Below, piece after piece: positions 58,533 to 64,000 of a stretch of DNA of 64,000 nucleotides. The stretch lies in NCBI GenBank assembly GCA_032718475.1, contig JAUCBJ010008829.1:62001-126000 (forward strand). The letters run 5' to 3'. The notes beneath the pieces were generated by a model. It did no database searches, was not told the DNA's origin, and saw only the letters and a list, made by a program, of their open reading frames with translations. The position numbers and the translations under genes were made by a program. The first letter of the stretch is position 1; every line of letters starts with the position of its first letter. This stretch comes from Nemertoderma westbladi (lineage: Eukaryota; Animalia; Xenacoelomorpha).

Positions 58533-59803
58533 TGTAAAAGCTTCTGTGGGATATAACTAGTCCTTCGCTCCGCAATCCAGTTTTCCCCCGTGCGCTCAAA
58601 TACTCTAAAACCTACTGTAAAAGCGTTTACGGATATAATCCGTTCCCTGGCCCGCAAAGTACCGTATAGGTGTTTTTAACGGACATAAAAGTAATTCTTC
58701 TGGATGTATACTTTAGCGGACATAGCAAGGTACAAAAACCCGCCATACGGCATTTTCTCTATCACCATATCGTGGGAAGGATTCAGATTACGACATCTAC
58801 CAGCTGACTACCAGCTGACGTGGAAGGGGCCATTGGACACATGGTTTCTTTGTTCCGCTTAACAGCCAATCAGGGTGATGTTTACTTTTACCTGTGAAGA
58901 CATTCTACGGATGTGGCGGATGTCAGTGTTGGTTTTATTCTAGGCCACAAGAACGGCTCTGGAATCACTTGTTTTCAGACTTTATAAGAAACATTAGTAG
59001 GCTTAGATTATAGAGTGTATAACTGTTATCATACCATATCACAAGTCACACATATTAACAATCATACCGGTCCAAATCATACCAATCATACGGGACATAC
59101 TTATCATATCTTAACCTACCGTCTTACTGCTTTTACTGTTTGTAATTATTTGTGTCAGTTAGTTGGATGTTATTAGTTGAAGAATATCGAGAAATAACCC
59201 AAATTTCCCAATCTTCTTGATACACTACAGGTTAGAGAGACAGGTTACATAACGATTGCGACTTATATTATTGTGGTTTGTAATGAATCTAATGCTATTT
59301 GATAGCCACTACGAGTCAATTGCTGTTCTCTTTATGTGTGATCAAAGTCAGTAACTGTCGGCAAACCAGTGAGCAGTATTGTGCGGTACCGGTAGTGTGT
59401 ATGATTGTGGTTGATAACTAAGCATTTCCTAAAGAATGCGTCTCATACGTGAATTCTAAGCCATATCGTTGTGTTTAGTATAAGTCATAGCTTTGTTTAC
59501 ATAGATAGAGCGCCACGTCCTAAAGGAACTGCTAATATTTCCCGAAAGTGAATAATATTTGTCAGAGATTATATATTGGTGATCAATCGAATAATACATG
59601 TAGGCTTCACTGCAATAAATCTAAGCATACGAATCCAGTCTCCCGGGTGTAACCATCGGGTGAATGAACGCGCACAGGCTGGCTTCGGCTAATGTTGTGT
59701 TTATTTTGTATTAAATCTTGTCATCTTATAAAGTCAATTTACCAACTAAAGACATATAAATTTTGGCAGGTTAAACTGCTAAAGGTCTCCAAAAGCGCGT
59801 ACA

Positions 59804-59814
59804 ATAACAGTTAT
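59804..59814 (+). promoter_or_regulatory. Non-tRNA PBS of B3, complementary to its LTR (59019-59029)
   Basis: ATAACAGTTAT pairs with ATAACTGTTAT. Confidence 0.7.
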
Positions 59815-61892
59815 TGATCTTATTGCAGTAAGCAATAAGGTTGCAAAGTACCGGTCGACCGGTAAACCGGTCGACTTCTGTAGGTCAGTAGGCCCAACTG
59901 CCAGAACCGGTACTGCTGTAGGTCCGTAGGTCCAACTGCCAGAACCGGTACTTCTGTAGGTCAGTAGGCCCAACTGTCATAACCGGTACTGCTGTATAAG
60001 TACATTAGTATTATTCGATTTTGATTATTGTATACCGGTAGGTCTTGGTACTTAATCAGGGAATGGCCGCCCTGGTTTTTTTTATTGAGATTTTACTTAT
60101 TTCTGTCAGTTCTTATTTGCATGTAAGTTAATATTGAGCAGAAGACGTGTAAGTCTGCTCAGATTGTTCAGATCATTGTAGGCTGGACTGTTGTCTGACT
60201 GTTGTTAGGCTTGAAGATTACAGCGTGTGTAGAGTTGGTCTGATAAAGTGCCAGTTAGTAAGTTGGGGCAACTCGTAGTTGTAAGGTCAACCCCCTTCTA
60301 AAGAATAAGTCGTACTACCGTGTTAGCACGCATACTAACTAACAATTTCGGAATCTGCATATACTGTAGTTTATTTAGGCTTGATAGTAGTCCGTCAGCG
60401 TTTATCCTGTATTGTTTGTATAGTCTGTTCAGGTACCGTAATATTATTCAGATATTTTGTAGGCTGGATTGTTGTCTGGCTGTTGTTGGGTCTGAAGGAA
60501 TTGCTGCGTGTGTAGAGTAAGTCTGATAAAGTGCCAGTTAGTAAGTTGGGGCAACTCGTAGTTGTAAGGTCAACCCCCTTCTAAAGAATAAGTCGTACTA
60601 CCGTGTTAGCACGCATACTAACTAACAGTTTCGGAATCTGCACATACGGTAGTTTGTTTAGGCTTGATAGTAGTCTGCCAGCATTTGGTTTGTATTTTAT
60701 TTGAGTATTCTGTACGGGTAGCGTAATATTTATTATTCAGAGTTTATGCGATTACTCGCAACATTCATGTCCCCAAGTTTATCCCTACAGTAATTGTGTT
60801 TGTTATACATACCGTTATAGTTAAATTAACCCCGGTACTACACGGGCTGCTTGGTGTAGGTAAAGACTGGTGACTTTGTGCCCCGGTCACTCCAGCAGAT
60901 GCTGTGGTTCTTTTAACTGTTCAAGTATATTTAACTGCTGGTTATCTGTTTTTACAAGTACTTGTACCTAATTTAGGGTTTAGTGTACTAGTTGCTTTCC
61001 GAAAGTAATTAGTGTAGGCATTATATTTGTGTTGTAAAGTGGTTGATAGGCACGTTCGTTAGCTCTATTAACTTCTAGGTAGGAACACTCCGTGATACAT
61101 AACGTAGTACCTATAGCGATACGGCTGTAGGTCGTCAAGCGGTGGTATTTTTCTATCTGGACAATGCAGTATATTTACTTCTGCTTATTATTTTCAAATA
61201 CCGTAGTATCCTATCCGTTGTAATAACCAGAAGTTCTAACCCTTTGTTAGACTGGTTCGTAGTTTCCCTGTTAAATTGCCCTAAAAATTCGTACGTATAG
61301 TTTTTTCGTGTGTTTATTAGAGATTGTAATCTCACCTATATTGTACGTAATTCGTAGATAAGTAACGTAGGCCAGTAGAATTATTCGTTTTAGTGTCCAA
61401 TAAGTAGCACTCTCACTGAGAGCGCACAGCTTCTGTGTAGTGATTATTTCCCAGAAATAGTAACATCTATTTCAATATTGTAACAAAACCCCTCATACGG
61501 GTACATATAAATCCACTAAATCTATTAATAAAATAGTAGGCCTGTCATACAACAATTAGGTCTCAATATCAGTTGGACTTACTGCTTGAATAACGGTAAT
61601 AGTGTAAACTAAAGTAACTAAGTAAACCTATAATTTCAGAAATTTAATTATTCTAAATAATTGATATACCGGTACCTATAATAGGCTTATTATATATTTG
61701 TATATATTTGCACTGAAATTATATACCGGTATTCTGTGACAAACCTAGTCTGCAATACTTATATACTATAAGTGTATACCGGTATTCTAATATATTGTAA
61801 TTAATTACCGGTACTAGGCCTACAGTCATACTGAATTACTAGACTTGCTTTAACTGTAATATAGCAGTAGGCATTCAACTGTACAAACAAAC

Positions 61893-64000
61893 ATGTCTGA
61901 CACAACCCAAACACTGTCAGATAGTCTCTTAGAAAGTGCTAGAATGAGTGTTAGACAGGGTCTTAAAAAGATCTGGGACTCAGCTAAGAGTATAGAACGT
62001 CTGAGACCAAAGTCCAAGTCCCCTCCTACTGTAAGCAAGGTCATCCCTACAGTAGTAGTGTCAGACCCTAGGCTAGTAGAACAACGTAAGTCTATCCACG
62101 GCACTCAGTCCCAAATCGAGCGGGATCAAGAAGCAGCTGTCAAACAGCAGCAACATCCTAGCCAAGAACCTAGTTCTCAGCGGCCCGATAGCTCCAGTAG
62201 TTCGGATACTGTTGAGCGGATGCCCGAACGCGGAGCGAAGATGGCGGATACGGTTTATGATGAGCGGCCAACCTTTGAAGAATCAACCGACGCCACTTCT
62301 TCTCAAGTGGAAAGCAAAGTGGAAAGCGAAGTGGAAAGCGAAGTGGAAAGCGAAGTGGAAAGCGAAGTGGAAAGCGAAGTGGAAAGCGAATTAACAGCAG
62401 CAGAGAAGCCGCGAACTAGAGATGCCATTGACATCTATCTGTCAGACTATCAACGTTTTGTCGGAGACGAAGAGTTGAGGAGACGGCTAGATGGACTTAG
62501 CCCTAATAGTGAGGGTGCCAAGCTTGTTTTGGACGCAATCGATGTGGATAGGATAGCTGCGAACCAAGCTAAATTTGAGGAACAACTCCGCATCACTAGA
62601 GCCCAAGAGGAGCAAGTAAAGAAAAGACGAATAGAAGATCGAAAAGCAGCAGCAGTGGCAGCGGCAGAAGCAGAAAAAAGGGCAGTGGAGGCAGAGGCAG
62701 AAAGAAAGGCTGCAGCGGCAGAAGCAGAAAGAAAAGCGGCAGAAGCAGAAAGAAAGGCAGCAGAGGCAGAGGCAGAAAGAAAGGCTGCAGTGTCAGAGGC
62801 AGAAAGAAAATCGGCAGAAGCAGAAAGAAAGGCAGCAGAGGCAGAGGCAGAAAGAAAGGCTGCAATGGCAGAGGCAGAAAGAAAATTGGCAGAAGCGGAA
62901 CGGAGAGTGTCTGAAGAAATCACTCAACTAGAATTGGAAAAGATTCAGGAAAGTCAATTGAGTATAAATAGACAGTTAACAGCCAGTAATATGCAGATGA
63001 TGAATCGGTCTACTCCCAAGCGACAGGGATTTACCTCCTCTGATGAAGGCGACACCACTGATCCTGAAGGCGGAGGACATAGATCTCGTCTAAGTAGACG
63101 TAAAAGAACGTCTCCCCGTCAGAAATTGCCTGATTTGCCTCCAGCTGTTAGAAAACAGCTAGCTAGCACCGCCGTAGCGATTACAGAACACACAGACCGA
63201 ATTGTTACTGTAAGTAGACTCCCTACTATAACAGATGAGCCTGAAATAATTAGGCCTGTTCTCGAAGCCACCACTTCGGTGCTAGAGACACCTGTATTCC
63301 AGGGAGCAACCTCCAAATTCCCTTTACACAGCACGAAACTATCTGTGCCTAGTAGAACAGCCCCTGAAATGGTTCCTGTCATGGACTCCGAGCGAATGGA
63401 TTGGTCGCCCGTAGTTCCTCGCCCGCCCGCCACAACGTTTGCGACTCCTGCTTCGGCGGTCGAGTGGGTGGAGGAGGGACGGAGGGGGATGAATGTCCTG
63501 CTCGGACAGATGCAGGAGACGGTCCACCAGTTCAAGGGAACAGTCAGGGAAAGTAGGTTAGAGCTGCAAGAAGTGCAGCAAAGTATCGCGCTAGAACGCG
63601 ATAAATTAGTAAATGTAAAAAGGGGCATACCAACACCCCCTGTAACAATGTGTCAACCTGTTTGGCCTGAAGTATTTCATGCGCAAGGTGTGGAGCCTAC
63701 ACGCATCTATACTGCTAGCGAAGTAGAAACTCCTATAGCAAACCCTATTAAGGGTGATTATAAACCTGTTTGTAATGATATTCCCTATAGACCTGATAAT
63801 AATCCGAGAAATTTATATACCGATAATTCGATATTAAATAACACGATGGCCCAAGAAAGTTTTACGCGTCAGATGGCTAGAACAGAAGCCCGCCAAGCGG
63901 TCAAAGTGGGAGAAATCGTCAAATTCAATGGAGATGAGATGAAATGGTTACCGTTTAATGAATATTACGAAGATAGCATACAGAACTCTGTACTATCTAG
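61893..64000 (+). CDS. gag: B3 Gag, partial and apparently open to the window end
   Basis: MSDTTQTLSDSLL...RDAIDIYLSDYQRF...(AEAERKAA)n...ARQAVKVGEIVKFNGDEMKW. A 12-bp VESE repeat at ~62305-62390. Confidence 0.88.
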   Translation, partial: MSDTTQTLSDSLLESARMSVRQGLKKIWDSAKSIERLRPKSKSPPTVSKVIPTVVVSDPRLVEQRKSIHGTQSQIERDQEAAVKQQQHPSQEPSSQRPDSSSSSDTVERMPERGAKMADTVYDERPTFEESTDATSSQVESKVESEVESEVESEVESEVESEVESELTAAEKPRTRDAIDIYLSDYQRFVGDEELRRRLDGLSPNSEGAKLVLDAIDVDRIAANQAKFEEQLRITRAQEEQVKKRRIEDRKAAAVAAAEAEKRAVEAEAERKAAAAEAERKAAEAERKAAEAEAERKAAVSEAERKSAEAERKAAEAEAERKAAMAEAERKLAEAERRVSEEITQLELEKIQESQLSINRQLTASNMQMMNRSTPKRQGFTSSDEGDTTDPEGGGHRSRLSRRKRTSPRQKLPDLPPAVRKQLASTAVAITEHTDRIVTVSRLPTITDEPEIIRPVLEATTSVLETPVFQGATSKFPLHSTKLSVPSRTAPEMVPVMDSERMDWSPVVPRPPATTFATPASAVEWVEEGRRGMNVLLGQMQETVHQFKGTVRESRLELQEVQQSIALERDKLVNVKRGIPTPPVTMCQPVWPEVFHAQGVEPTRIYTASEVETPIANPIKGDYKPVCNDIPYRPDNNPRNLYTDNSILNNTMAQESFTRQMARTEARQAVKVGEIVKFNGDEMKWLPFNEYYEDSIQNSVLS

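Larger units (their letters stand above)
58533..64000 (+). mobile_element. BEL/Pao element B3 (third, diverged family member), running off the window
   Basis: 5' LTR 58533-59803 (TGTAAAAGC...GCGCGTACA), with leader and gag homologous to B1 and B2. Confidence 0.92.

Noticed and set aside
62212-62394. (KWKA)n peptide ORF
   Set aside because: Alternative frame of the 12-bp VESE repeat in B3 gag.

Overview
This window is eukaryotic (probably invertebrate animal) DNA made almost entirely of nested retrotransposons. No host gene, rRNA, tRNA or CRISPR array was seen. The left end (1-8.6 kb, minus strand) holds a gag-like ORF, a 5'-truncated RTE LINE with an 89-bp target duplication, and an RTEX-like LINE split by an internally deleted PHD-APE-RT CR1/L2-group LINE. 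An old minus-strand BEL/Pao element (A) was entered by a Mag-type Ty3/Gypsy element (G, 9238-52684, TSD GCTAC). G hosts two members of one BEL family: B1 (11540-23248, TSD CATAG, gag-protease only) and B2 (24994-52548, TSD TACTG). B2 in turn hosts an RTEX LINE (31971-35301) and a different BEL element C (35372-43917, TSD AACGC). A third family member, B3, starts at 58533 and runs off the window. Two observations stand out. (1) The B family has no tRNA primer-binding site; in all three diverged copies the 11-13 nt after the 5' LTR are complementary, with covariation, to one homologous site inside the LTR, which suggests Tf1-like self-primed reverse transcription in a BEL/Pao element. (2) Element C carries an intact 866-aa DEDDy-exonuclease/zinc-knuckle ORF in the env position and an LTR array of covarying structured-RNA hairpins (K-turn-like, loop-E-like), one of which recurs inside that ORF. 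All alignments, counts and folds were done by eye.
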